Program-made: the position numbers and the translations under genes
Assembly: GCA_021852055.1 (NCBI GenBank)
Contig: JAJZOD010000003.1
Location: 15,884 to 79,883, forward strand
DNA from: Candidatus Micrarchaeota archaeon
Lineage (GTDB): Archaea; Micrarchaeota; Micrarchaeia; Micrarchaeales; CABMGC01
Reading direction: 5' to 3'
Length of the DNA stretch: 64,000 nt
The notes under the pieces: generated by a model
Databases searched by the model: none
What the model was told of the DNA's origin: nothing
Seen by the model: the letters and a program-made list of their open reading frames with translations, nothing else
Shown here: piece after piece, positions 27,134-36,544 of the stretch
Numbering within the stretch: position 1 is the stretch's first letter
Layout: every line of letters starts with the position of its first letter

Positions 27134-30100
27134 AAAATTTCCAAAAAATATTCTACGCTGCAGGATCCAGCAAAGCGCAGCTCATGAGCCTTACAGTTCT
27201 TCTTATACTCCTACTGATACTTGCAGAACTTTTCTCTTTCGTAGTCATAGGAATACAGTACAACAACATAGCGCAGAGCACTGTGCTTTCAAGGTCTTCT
27301 ACAAGCCTCGTTTCAAGCCTAAAGCAGAGCTCATCGCAGTTTGCAGAATACAGCGCACAGACTGCGCTTTCTGTGCTGTCATATTACGAATACAACTCAA
27401 CACTCAGAAAAGACAACTTCATAACAAACACGAGCGAGTACCTTTCATATCTCATTACTAATGGCACGTTGCCGAAAGTAACGCAGGGGTCTATCGCAGC
27501 AAACTATCTCAATCATGCAATGGGCAATATGACTTTCCAGTCGTACAATGCGCTGCTGTTATCAAACTTCTCGGGTTCAGGCCTGTACTCGATAAATGAG
27601 AGCAAAATTACCATATCCCAACAGAACCCGTACTACATAAACGTCAGCTTTGTAGAAAACATAGGCATAAGCCAAAGCGGTGCAATATCACAATATTCGC
27701 TTCCAATAACAGCGTCAGTACCTATAAACGGCACGCCAGATTTATACTACGCGCAGAAGGGCATACTCCGTTATATAAACATTACCGGCCTGCAAAATCT
27801 AACGAGCCTTATAACAGGCGAACACGCAGTCAAAGGCAACATCTTTGCATTTGCATACGGCCCGGTATACTACGCAACTTCATGTCCTTCCCTAACCTCT
27901 GGAACTTATGGCACTTTGATATTTGTGACTCCCAATGCTATCTCCCTCGGTACATGCGGGAATGTTTTTGCCGGAGTCATAACAAACAATACCTCTTCAA
28001 TACCTCCGTCAGTACCATACTTAATATACCCGAAAAGTACCATACTGTCAAAATCATTTACAACCGGCAAATCCGTGCTTATATACGGTCCACAGCTTTC
28101 AGCATTAAACATAGAGGCACTGCGCCAGGCAGTAGCAAACGGGTACTTTTTTGCATCGCCGTTTGCGCCTTCGTACCTGTCAATGTCGCAGAGCGCGTTT
28201 AATTCATCGCCAGCAGGCATAGCCACGTTTCAGGGATATGACCAGCAAACAGCGTCATTCAATGGCGTAAATGCCTATGTGTCCCTGGGCAACAGCGCAA
28301 AGCTAAGCCCAGAGGCAGGGCCTGACGGCAACATGACGCTGTGCACGTGGTACAAGGTAAACTCGCTTTCAGGATACCGCGGACCATTGCTAAAAGGTGC
28401 AAGTGTTCCGAGCAATGGAAATGGCTGGGAGTACACACTTGACCAAGCTGGAATGTTCCAAGGTTTTACAATATGGACACAAGGCGGCAGCAATATAGCA
28501 TCGTACTCTACAGGGACACTGCCGCAGCAGGATACGTGGTACTTTGCATGCTTTACCTACAACTACGCTGCGCAGCAATCCTATTATTACCTAAACGGCA
28601 ATCAGTTCAAAGCCACATTCAGCTCTGGAACCCCTGCAACTGCAGGAACAGGGGATCTTGTCATAGGTACAGGCGAAAGCGGCTACTCCAACGTGAGCAT
28701 GTCAAACCTACAGATATACAATATCTCATTATCGGCAAATCAGATAAAGCAGCTGTACATACGCGGCATTGGCGGTCTGCCCATACCAAACAACGGCCTT
28801 GTAGGCTGGTGGCCACTGGACGGAAACACAAACGATTACAGCGGCCAGGGCGATAAAGGCAGTCCCGCTGCTGCATACACGTTGTTTCAGCCAGGTACGC
28901 CTTCAATAAGCCCCGCATATCTCAACGGCGCGACTTCGCTTATAAATATAACATCCCTCTCAAAAAGTGCTAAGGTGCCTGTAAGCAGTAGAGGCATAAG
29001 CATAAGCGCATGGGTCAAGCTTACGGCTCAGCCTGGCGCAGATACAGGCATAGCCTCAACATACGGCGGCTGCGGCTACAATCTTTTCTTTGCAAGCTCT
29101 ACTTCACTCAGCTTCTCAGATGGCTGCGGCAACTCCAACACCATATCACGTAGCTTCGGCACAAACACATGGTACAACATAATTGCAACTGCATCCACGG
29201 GCTCCCCGTCAACAGTGACTTTTTATATAAACGGCACGCAGGCAGGACAAGGATCAACAGCTGCAGCATGGAGTGCTTTCTCTGCCAATGGCCTGTACCT
29301 GGGCTATTATGCCGGCGGAAGTAATCTTAATGGAGTTTTATCTGATGTTCAGATATACAATAGAACTATCTCCCTGGCGCAGGCGAAGCAGGTATACGCT
29401 TCGGGGCCAGGCGGTGCACCTTACAACCTTTCCGTGGTTCCTGCGTGGTTTAAGCTTGACGGAAGCATTACTGATTACATGCAGGGAAGCACAGGGAATG
29501 CCATAAACATTCTGTTCAAACAAATAAACGGCTCAGCGCGCGACAGCATATTCCCTAATTATACCGGCGATGCGTATCCTCTGCCAGGTATCCTCTCATG
29601 CGAAAATTTTGCAAACTGCTACAACGCCTCGCGCCCAAACCTGTTTCTCAGCGGCCTTCCCCTTGAGACCGGCGGCATATCCCAAGTTGCAAACTTCAAC
29701 GGCAGCTCCTTTGCCACACTTAATACAACACTGCAGTCGTCATCATGGACTGTTGGGCTGTGGTTAAAACAAAATGCCAAATCATCCTCATCCCAGTATC
29801 CTGTCGGCCTCTCTGGCGTAAACGGAATACTCATATCCGGTACATTAGAAAACAGCATGTGGGCATTATACGATGGTGCAAACACAGTCTATGGCAATCA
29901 GCTAAGCAGCAACCAGTGGTACTATCTTGCGATTACAAGATCAGGATCCACATACAAATTATACACCGACGGATCAGCAAGCAATACAGCGACAATGGCT
30001 GCCATAGGCATAAACGGCATCCAGCTTGGCAGGCGCCAGGACAACAGCCTGTACTTCAACGGCTCCATGGCAAACCTGCAGGTCTATTCAAAAACTCTTA

Positions 30101-31338
30101 CTGCAAACCAGTTAAGCAGCATCTACAGCGAAGGCATAAGCGGCGCTCCTATACCTAACAACGGCATAATCACCTGGATTCCAATGGATGGTGCATGCAT
30201 TGATTACAGCGGCTATTCGAACGGGTGCATACTGCAGCAGAATGTCTCATACCCTGTATTCTTCGGAAACTATCTCTCACCAGGCTCTCCAAGCAGCATA
30301 GAGAACGAGTGGCAGGCATTGGGATTTGTCATGCTGAACACCTCCCTTTACGAATCAAAGAACTACGGACCGCAGCCCAAGGCATATGTCCCGATACAAC
30401 TGTCGAATCAGCAGAGTACAGGTACATCGGCAAACTTCCAGCAGATGATTTCCTTCAATCCATCATTGTCGCAGTATTCGCAGTACGAAGCATCAAACCT
30501 GAGCAACATCGAGTTCACATCAGGTGCGCCTGCGGGGCTGTCCGGAAGCACGCCCATGTATGCCTGGTTAGAGAGCGGTGCGTCTACTGCAGCGACAAAC
30601 ACAGTTGCATGGGTAAATCTGGGCAGCAGTACACTCGGTGCTGCTGGTTCAGGCAGCAACACGCTCACAATCTACATGAACTTCATGTCAAACAATGCGC
30701 CAGTTACGTCCGGTTACACAGGCTACGCACCGCAGCTGTGGTGTGCATCTGGATGCTTCCAGACCTCATATGCGAAGTATGATGATGGAGCAAAGGTGTT
30801 TAACTTTTATGATAACTTTGCTGGAACTACTTTAAATACTAATTTATGGACAGTATCGTCCGGTTCCCCGACTGTTAATGATGAATTAGAATTGTCTGGT
30901 TCAACAATAACATCAAAACAAACATTTTCTGATACTTCAACTGCTTTAGATATTTACGGATATTTTCAATCTCCATATGACGGTTATAGAGGATGGGCAT
31001 TTACGTCCGGGTCAAATTCAATACAAATAGGAGACCTTGGCTATTATTATCTTATAAATTATAATCCAAGCCAATATTTTGCTGGGCTTCCGCCTATATC
31101 TGCTAATACTTTAACAATATTTACATTAGGGGCTACAAGTAGTTATTCATATACATCAATTAATTATGGAAGTTTAACAACATTATCTAATGGTTATCCT
31201 ATATTAAATAATCCAAATATACAATTAGCTCAAACATCATCTACTTTATCTTATCCTATGTTTATACAATGGATTCGCACACGTTCATATCCTCCAAATG
31301 GAGTAATGCCTTCATTCGGCTTTGGAAGCGTGTCGTAA
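27124..31338 (+). CDS. Giant (1404 aa) surface protein: pilin-like N-terminus, 3-4 LamG domains, DUF2341 and a concanavalin-like C-terminal domain
   Basis: The N-terminus SSKA|QLMSLTVLLILLLILAELF fits the class III motif. Repeated LamG ends include NLQIYNISLSANQIKQLYIRGIGG, DVQIYNRTISLAQAKQVY and NLQVYSKTLTANQLSSIYSEG. The DUF2341-like stretch reads YVPIQLSNQQSTGTSANFQQMISF...IEFTSG...AWVNLG...LTIYMNF. Overlaps the previous gene by 10 nt. Confidence 0.8.
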   Translation: MELKNFQKIFYAAGSSKAQLMSLTVLLILLLILAELFSFVVIGIQYNNIAQSTVLSRSSTSLVSSLKQSSSQFAEYSAQTALSVLSYYEYNSTLRKDNFITNTSEYLSYLITNGTLPKVTQGSIAANYLNHAMGNMTFQSYNALLLSNFSGSGLYSINESKITISQQNPYYINVSFVENIGISQSGAISQYSLPITASVPINGTPDLYYAQKGILRYINITGLQNLTSLITGEHAVKGNIFAFAYGPVYYATSCPSLTSGTYGTLIFVTPNAISLGTCGNVFAGVITNNTSSIPPSVPYLIYPKSTILSKSFTTGKSVLIYGPQLSALNIEALRQAVANGYFFASPFAPSYLSMSQSAFNSSPAGIATFQGYDQQTASFNGVNAYVSLGNSAKLSPEAGPDGNMTLCTWYKVNSLSGYRGPLLKGASVPSNGNGWEYTLDQAGMFQGFTIWTQGGSNIASYSTGTLPQQDTWYFACFTYNYAAQQSYYYLNGNQFKATFSSGTPATAGTGDLVIGTGESGYSNVSMSNLQIYNISLSANQIKQLYIRGIGGLPIPNNGLVGWWPLDGNTNDYSGQGDKGSPAAAYTLFQPGTPSISPAYLNGATSLINITSLSKSAKVPVSSRGISISAWVKLTAQPGADTGIASTYGGCGYNLFFASSTSLSFSDGCGNSNTISRSFGTNTWYNIIATASTGSPSTVTFYINGTQAGQGSTAAAWSAFSANGLYLGYYAGGSNLNGVLSDVQIYNRTISLAQAKQVYASGPGGAPYNLSVVPAWFKLDGSITDYMQGSTGNAINILFKQINGSARDSIFPNYTGDAYPLPGILSCENFANCYNASRPNLFLSGLPLETGGISQVANFNGSSFATLNTTLQSSSWTVGLWLKQNAKSSSSQYPVGLSGVNGILISGTLENSMWALYDGANTVYGNQLSSNQWYYLAITRSGSTYKLYTDGSASNTATMAAIGINGIQLGRRQDNSLYFNGSMANLQVYSKTLTANQLSSIYSEGISGAPIPNNGIITWIPMDGACIDYSGYSNGCILQQNVSYPVFFGNYLSPGSPSSIENEWQALGFVMLNTSLYESKNYGPQPKAYVPIQLSNQQSTGTSANFQQMISFNPSLSQYSQYEASNLSNIEFTSGAPAGLSGSTPMYAWLESGASTAATNTVAWVNLGSSTLGAAGSGSNTLTIYMNFMSNNAPVTSGYTGYAPQLWCASGCFQTSYAKYDDGAKVFNFYDNFAGTTLNTNLWTVSSGSPTVNDELELSGSTITSKQTFSDTSTALDIYGYFQSPYDGYRGWAFTSGSNSIQIGDLGYYYLINYNPSQYFAGLPPISANTLTIFTLGATSSYSYTSINYGSLTTLSNGYPILNNPNIQLAQTSSTLSYPMFIQWIRTRSYPPNGVMPSFGFGSVS

Positions 31339-31415
31339 TAATACTTAAACTGCGTGTTTACGCCAAACTGGCTCCTACGGCGAGGCTTAAATTGTTTGGC
31401 GTTTAATACTAATTC

Positions 31416-32294
31416 ATGCAGACATCAAAACAGCTTCCCGAATGGCTTTCAGTAAAACCGGCATCTACTAATTCATACTCCTCGATAAAAAACCGCGTAA
31501 ATGAGCTCGGTCTCAGCACTGTATGCGTTGAAGCGCACTGTCCAAATATAACAGAATGCTGGAGCAGCGGCACAGCGACGTTTATGGTGCTGGGAGGCCT
31601 CTGCACGCGAGGTTGCAGATTCTGCGCAGTCAAAAAAAGTGCAGTGGGTGTTATTCCAGATGCACATGAACCTGAAAAGCTTGCAAAAGTGATAAACGAA
31701 TGGGGCTTGGATTACATAGTGATAACCTCTGTCTGCAGGGATGATCTGGAGGATCAGGGCGCCGGGCATTTTGCTGCATGCGTAACTGAAATTAAAAAGT
31801 TAAATCCTTCGACATACGTGGAGGTTCTTATACCTGATTTTACTGCCGATGCAAATCTTCTAAAGAAGATAACAGATTCGCATCCTGATGTCATAGGCCA
31901 CAACATAGAAACAGTCGAGAGAATAAGCCCTAGCATACGCGACAGGCGCGCATCATACCAGCAATCACTTAATGTCCTTAAGACAGTAAAAGACCTGGAT
32001 TCAAGGATATACACCAAGTCAGCAATGATGCTCGGCGTAGGCGAAAATGATGATGAAATATTAAGCGCCCTTGACGATTTGCGTGCAGCAGGCGTTGATT
32101 TTGTGGCAATGGGGCAGTATCTGCAACCAAGCCCTGTCCATGCTGAAGTAAAGGAGTACGTCACTCCGGAAAGATTCAAAACATTTAGAGAAAAAGCAAC
32201 AGCCAAGGGCTTCCTGTACGTTGCGTCAGGACCATTTGTACGAAGCTCATACCTTGCCGGAGAGGCATTTGTAAAGGCTGTGCTAAACAAATAA
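31416..32294 (+). CDS. lipA: Lipoyl synthase
   Basis: CPNITECW and the radical-SAM motif CTRGCRFCAV. Confidence 0.93.
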   Translation: MQTSKQLPEWLSVKPASTNSYSSIKNRVNELGLSTVCVEAHCPNITECWSSGTATFMVLGGLCTRGCRFCAVKKSAVGVIPDAHEPEKLAKVINEWGLDYIVITSVCRDDLEDQGAGHFAACVTEIKKLNPSTYVEVLIPDFTADANLLKKITDSHPDVIGHNIETVERISPSIRDRRASYQQSLNVLKTVKDLDSRIYTKSAMMLGVGENDDEILSALDDLRAAGVDFVAMGQYLQPSPVHAEVKEYVTPERFKTFREKATAKGFLYVASGPFVRSSYLAGEAFVKAVLNK

Positions 32295-32333
32295 ATAATT
32301 CAAAATAAATTAATTTTGTATATTTTGTATAAT

Positions 32334-32359
32334 GTGCAGCAAGCAACTGCACCGGTTTT
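32334..32359 (+). terminator. Possible hairpin plus T-run downstream of lipA
   Basis: GTGCAG-caagcaa-CTGCAC is followed by CGGTTTT, in a convergent intergenic region. Confidence 0.25.
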
Positions 32360-32375
32360 CAGGCTACTGCCCACT

Positions 32376-33134
32376 TTATCTCTCTCCCTTTGGAGCTGAG
32401 AAGTGCTTTGTATCTGCAAGTATCATGTGGTGGTTATCCTCAAAGCCTATTGCGGCTTTGAATGCATCATGGTCCATGGTTATTGTGTTATCAGAGTAAG
32501 GATCGTTTATGTAAAATGCGTCCTTGTCATAGCCTTTGACTACAACCCAGTGCGGTGACGGGTCCAAATAAGAGTTTATGACATTGGCGTTTATGAGCAC
32601 TATCGGAATGAAGTTTGCAGAGATGGCCTTCTTTATTGTTTGTATAGTTACTCCATTATGTTCTTCCTCAATCTCAAGCGCCTCTGCCTTGCTTTTTATC
32701 TCATTAAATGATGCTGTAAGCGTATCAAGATTGACGTTCTCATAAACGGCCATCTTGCGTTCATAGCCCTCATCCTTTGTATTGCTTATTATGCCTACTT
32801 TAGCGCCTCTTTTTGCCAGCGCGTAAGCAACGCCGTACTTAGAACCATGCCATACGCTGCCATTTACGGCTTCCTGCCATATGCTGTATTCGCTCTCTTT
32901 CTTGAACTTAAAACTTGGGTTTACATATTTGAGTACCATCATGGCACATGCTGCCGAGCTGGTAAACTCCTCGCTCTGCGGATAATGTGGCACATCAAAA
33001 ATCACCTTGTCCTTCAGTTTTACCTTCCCAAGCCTGCTGAGAAACTTGCCTTTTGCCGGTGCTGCGTGCTTGGCCTTAGGCGTTTTCCTTGAACTTTTCG
33101 CATTCTGTTTTTTATTAGGCATATAATCTACCAT
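32376..33134 (-). CDS. Papain-like cysteine peptidase, C39-like family (Peptidase_C39_2-type), with a basic N-terminal tail
   Basis: VPHYPQSEEFTSSAACAMMVLKY carries the Gln and Cys, and HWVVVKGYD...YINDP the His and Asp. The listed start 33167 overlaps the tRNA-Leu, so ATG 33134 (MVDYMPNKK) is preferred. Confidence 0.55.
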   Translation of the reverse strand: MVDYMPNKKQNAKSSRKTPKAKHAAPAKGKFLSRLGKVKLKDKVIFDVPHYPQSEEFTSSAACAMMVLKYVNPSFKFKKESEYSIWQEAVNGSVWHGSKYGVAYALAKRGAKVGIISNTKDEGYERKMAVYENVNLDTLTASFNEIKSKAEALEIEEEHNGVTIQTIKKAISANFIPIVLINANVINSYLDPSPHWVVVKGYDKDAFYINDPYSDNTITMDHDAFKAAIGFEDNHHMILADTKHFSAPKGER

Positions 33135-33144
33135 TTTAGATGTG

Positions 33145-33242
33145 TGCAGGGGGAGAGATTTGTCCATTTCTATTGAACTCCCGTAGGCCTAAGCCAACAG
33201 ATCTTGAGTCTGTCGCATTTGACCAGGCTCTGCCACCCCTGC
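33145..33242 (-). tRNA. tRNA-Leu (anticodon CAA), class II, with a putative 13-nt intron in the T-loop
   Basis: Reverse strand: acceptor GCAGGGG/CCCCTGC plus discriminator A, D arm GCAGAGCCTGGTCAAATGC, anticodon arm ACAGA-CTCAAGA-TCTGT, long variable arm TGGCTTAGGCCTAC, T stem GGGAG/CTCTC. The T loop is 20 nt (TTCAATAGAAATGGACAAAT) instead of 7. Confidence 0.8.
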
Positions 33243-33499
33243 AGCATCTCTACTAATTATAACATCACATTATTAAACATACATATTAAATACATATCAA
33301 CATACGGTGCACATCCCTGCACCCAAACCTATACGACAAAGATGCGATGTACTGATATTTAATCCTTTCTATTGATTTTGCATGGTTTTACCTCGGTTAA
33401 GTGCTATATGGGATTTTTTATATTTTTGGCATCATTATTTGTATTTAACTGCAAAAAATTCAATAAACTGCAGAAAATAAAGCCCGAGAGCTGAAGAAA

Positions 33500-34939
33500 A
33501 TGGAGATCACAAAAATATCAGATGTAAAATTTGAAATACAAAAGGACGATGCATCAGGCATGAATGGCGGGGTGACGTTATACGCTACTGAAGAGATGCT
33601 GGAGAAGATGAAGAAGGACAGCACTGTACAGCAGGCAATAAATGCAACTACGCTCCCCGGGCTTGTTGGCAATGTGCTTGTCATGCCAGACGGGCATCAG
33701 GGCTATGGGTTCCCGGTAGGCGGCGTAGCTGCGTTTGATGCAGAAAACGGCATAATCTCCCCAGGAGCAGTAGGCTTTGATATAAATTGCGGCGTCAGGC
33801 TTATAAAAACCAACCTGACTTCTGATGAACTCAAGAAAAAGTCAAAATCACTGTCAGATGTGCTATTCCGGAACGTACCTACTGGCGTAGGAAGCAAGCT
33901 ATCACTGGGTTTTACACAAAAAGACCTTGAGAGTGTCTCGGAGCATGGCGCAGGGTACGTCATAGAAAAAGGCTATGGGTTTGCTGACGAGACCGAGAGC
34001 ATAGAGGAGCATGGGGGGCTTTCAGGGGCTGATTTCTCCAAGGTAAGTGGCGATGCCAAAAAGCGGGGCCTAAACCAGCTTGGCACTCTAGGTGCAGGCA
34101 ACCATTTCCTCGAGGTGCAGAGAGTAGACAGGATATTCGACACTAAAACTGCAGATGCATATGGTTTGGCCAAAGATCAAATAGTAATAATGGTACACAC
34201 TGGTTCGAGAGGGTTTGGCCATCAGATATGCAGCGATTTCCTCAGGACGCTAGTTTCGTATCAGGAGAAGCACAATATACGGCTTGTAGACAAAGAGCTA
34301 AGCTACGCTCATGTCGGCAGCAAGGAAGCCGATAACTACATAGGTGCCATGAACTGTGCGGTCAACTTTGCCTTTACTAATCGGCAGATAATAACGCATC
34401 TTATACGCCAGAGCTTTTCCGAGGTATTCGGTAAGAGTGCAGATGCATTGGGCATGGACCTTCTTTATGATGTGGCGCACAACATAGCAAAACCTGAAGA
34501 GCATACAGTGCAAGGAAGGAAGCAGATGCTATACATACACAGAAAGGGCGCCACGCGCGCATTTCCAAAAGGTGTTGAGGGAGTGCCCAAAAAATACAGG
34601 AGCGTAGGACAGCCTGTAATTATACCAGGAAGCATGAGCACCGGCAGCTATGTGCTTTGCGGCATGGAAGGCTCAATGAAAGAGTCGTTCGGCAGTGCAT
34701 GCCACGGCTCAGGCCGCGTCATGTCGCGTCATCAGGCACTCAACGAGATCCCTGCTGCAAAAACGTTCAAAGGGCTCAGCGAGAAAGGCATAGAGATAAG
34801 GGTGCGCACAAGAAAACTCATAAGCGAAGAGGCAGAATGGGCGTACAAGAATCCCGATGATGTTGTCAGCGTAGTCGAACGCGCTGGCCTTGCGAAAATA
34901 GTATCAAAGAACATACCTCTCATAGTAATAAAAGGGTAA
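33500..34939 (+). CDS. rtcB: RNA 3'-phosphate ligase RtcB (tRNA-splicing ligase)
   Basis: MPDGHQGYGFPVGG, GFDINCGVR, GAGNHFLEVQ and CHGSGR. 479 aa, so no intein. Confidence 0.95.
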   Translation: MEITKISDVKFEIQKDDASGMNGGVTLYATEEMLEKMKKDSTVQQAINATTLPGLVGNVLVMPDGHQGYGFPVGGVAAFDAENGIISPGAVGFDINCGVRLIKTNLTSDELKKKSKSLSDVLFRNVPTGVGSKLSLGFTQKDLESVSEHGAGYVIEKGYGFADETESIEEHGGLSGADFSKVSGDAKKRGLNQLGTLGAGNHFLEVQRVDRIFDTKTADAYGLAKDQIVIMVHTGSRGFGHQICSDFLRTLVSYQEKHNIRLVDKELSYAHVGSKEADNYIGAMNCAVNFAFTNRQIITHLIRQSFSEVFGKSADALGMDLLYDVAHNIAKPEEHTVQGRKQMLYIHRKGATRAFPKGVEGVPKKYRSVGQPVIIPGSMSTGSYVLCGMEGSMKESFGSACHGSGRVMSRHQALNEIPAAKTFKGLSEKGIEIRVRTRKLISEEAEWAYKNPDDVVSVVERAGLAKIVSKNIPLIVIKG

Positions 34940-34964
34940 ACCTCACCAAGGCATAGCCATAAAG

Positions 34965-35795
34965 CTATGTGTCTGTCCTATCCTGCAGCTCTTTAATACT
35001 GCCAAGCAGATATTTTGCTGAAGGCATGCCCGTCTTATAAAAAAGCTCAGAAAGCAGCGCTTCAGCATCTTCAAATCTTTTCTTGTGCATTAGGTGTACT
35101 GATAAATAGTAAAATGTATTCGGCTCGCCTGTGTTTAGCACTGAGGCTACCTGTGCACCGGCATTCTTAGACCTGGTAATTACGGCATAAATCATTTTTG
35201 AATATCTCCATATAGCGTTATTTTCATCTATAGGATCTACATTCTCAAGAATCTTTCCGGCGTAAAAGAACCTTTTCAAGCGCATGTTAATCATGAACCT
35301 CAGATACAATGCCCCACTGCCTCCTGTCGCATCCTTACCAAATGCATCAAGAGCCTTAAAAAAGAACTCCCTTGATTTTGATGTCAATGCAAGCGATTCA
35401 TAGATTCCGACAGAGTTATCCTCCATAAAGCCCTGACCGGAGTAATTGCGCATGCTGTATCTGTATGATGATGCATGCATGTACAGGTTTCCTATCCCGT
35501 ACATAATCTGTGGCGGCAACTCGCCCTGTTTTCTGCTTTCTAAAAATGCATCAAGGCCTTTAGTATTGCCGTTGAGTGCATCACCGCTGAGCTTTGAGAG
35601 AGAAGCCGAAATGTCCGGATAAGGACTCGCAATGCCAAGGTTCACTCTAGATTCGCAGCATGTACAGAACACTTCGTCGGAAACGGATGCAGTCTGCGCG
35701 CCGCAAAAATGGCACGTCGACGTATGATAGCCTGCAGACCTTAAAAGATCAAGATATTTTTTAGTAGAACTGTGCACAGTACAATAACACTGCAA
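34965..35795 (-). CDS. Hypothetical protein with an N-terminal zinc-ribbon (CxxC...CxxC) and a helical repeat domain
   Basis: TCHFCGAQ...CTCCES is followed by a helical, TPR-like C-terminal region. No recognisable family. Confidence 0.45.
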   Translation of the reverse strand: MQCYCTVHSSTKKYLDLLRSAGYHTSTCHFCGAQTASVSDEVFCTCCESRVNLGIASPYPDISASLSKLSGDALNGNTKGLDAFLESRKQGELPPQIMYGIGNLYMHASSYRYSMRNYSGQGFMEDNSVGIYESLALTSKSREFFFKALDAFGKDATGGSGALYLRFMINMRLKRFFYAGKILENVDPIDENNAIWRYSKMIYAVITRSKNAGAQVASVLNTGEPNTFYYLSVHLMHKKRFEDAEALLSELFYKTGMPSAKYLLGSIKELQDRTDT

Positions 35796-35813
35796 TAATT
35801 CTTATCCTTTGTG

Positions 35814-36476
35814 TTACCTCCTTTTCCTAAAGACAACGAAAAGGTGCATCTTATCATACGGTTCAAGCCTTATCCTTTCAATCACGCTAAACTCATCAGA
35901 CACCGCATCTATGAACTCCTCAAATATCTCTTCGGGCTTCCTTGTTATATCGATGCTCTGCGACTTTATAGCCACATACGCTATGCCTTCGCTGTCCAGA
36001 AGCGCACTGTTTTTCAAAAGTATATCAGCCTGTTCCTGCGCAGAGACGTCCTGGTACAGTACATCGACAGTTCCTACGTCGTCTTTATATTCATCTATGT
36101 ACCTCGCATCAGTGAATATAGGCAGCATGTTCTCTCTGGCATCGCACAGGTCAAGAAGATCGCGCATGCTGCGCTTCGACACCTCAACGCAGTACACGCT
36201 GCCACTGCCGCCGACTATGTCGCTCACGTGGCTGCACGTCGTTCCGTTAGCCGCTCCGAGATAAAGCACCTCACTGCCTTCCGTTATAGCCATCGTCTTC
36301 ATGCCGTTGAGTATGGCAGCTGCTAGCTTGCTCCTGTAAGGGTTCCACATCCTGTACTCAGCGCCTTGAACGGTCTTCAGCTCCTCACCATATACCCTTG
36401 CGCTAGGCACAAGGTTCAACGTAGCCAGTTTTCCGTCTATCCTGAACACGCCTTTGAATACTTGTGTAATCTGCAC
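35814..36476 (-). CDS. flpA: Fibrillarin (rRNA/tRNA 2'-O-methyltransferase)
   Basis: YRMWNPYRSKLAAAI, VLYLGAANGTTCSHVSDI and DVLYQDVAQ-like (DVLYQDVSAQ). Confidence 0.93.
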   Translation of the reverse strand: MQITQVFKGVFRIDGKLATLNLVPSARVYGEELKTVQGAEYRMWNPYRSKLAAAILNGMKTMAITEGSEVLYLGAANGTTCSHVSDIVGGSGSVYCVEVSKRSMRDLLDLCDARENMLPIFTDARYIDEYKDDVGTVDVLYQDVSAQEQADILLKNSALLDSEGIAYVAIKSQSIDITRKPEEIFEEFIDAVSDEFSVIERIRLEPYDKMHLFVVFRKRR

Positions 36477-36544
36477 AGATGCACCTTTTTATGTGTTTGT
36501 TGCGCTGTTATTATTGCGTTGTTATATTTTATATGTGTGGTATT

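Noticed and set aside
26790-27461. 223-aa ORF out of frame across the junction of the two giant genes
   Set aside because: It overlaps two well-supported frames carrying LamG and signal motifs, and its product is low-complexity and Arg/Thr/Cys-rich.
30790-31338. Low-GC blocks as mobile elements or prophage remnants
   Set aside because: I found no transposase, integrase, terminal inverted repeats or target-site duplications. The blocks are in-frame parts of long ORFs, so they are reported as recombination cassettes rather than mobile elements.
31360-31402. 9-bp inverted repeat ACGCCAAAC / GTTTGGCGT with a 25-nt loop between the giant gene and lipA
   Set aside because: It could be a terminator hairpin or an operator. 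There is no adjacent oligo-T tract and no second copy to support a function, so it is noted but not called.
31754-32290. 178-aa ORF antisense to lipA
   Set aside because: This is a shadow ORF of a radical-SAM gene with unambiguous motifs.
33135-33167. First 11 codons of the listed 32376..33167 ORF
   Set aside because: They overlap the 3' half of tRNA-Leu on the same strand. An internal ATG at 33134 lies just downstream of the tRNA.
35811-36326. 171-aa and 151-aa + strand ORFs over the fibrillarin gene
   Set aside because: They are antisense shadows. Fibrillarin motifs on the minus strand are unambiguous.
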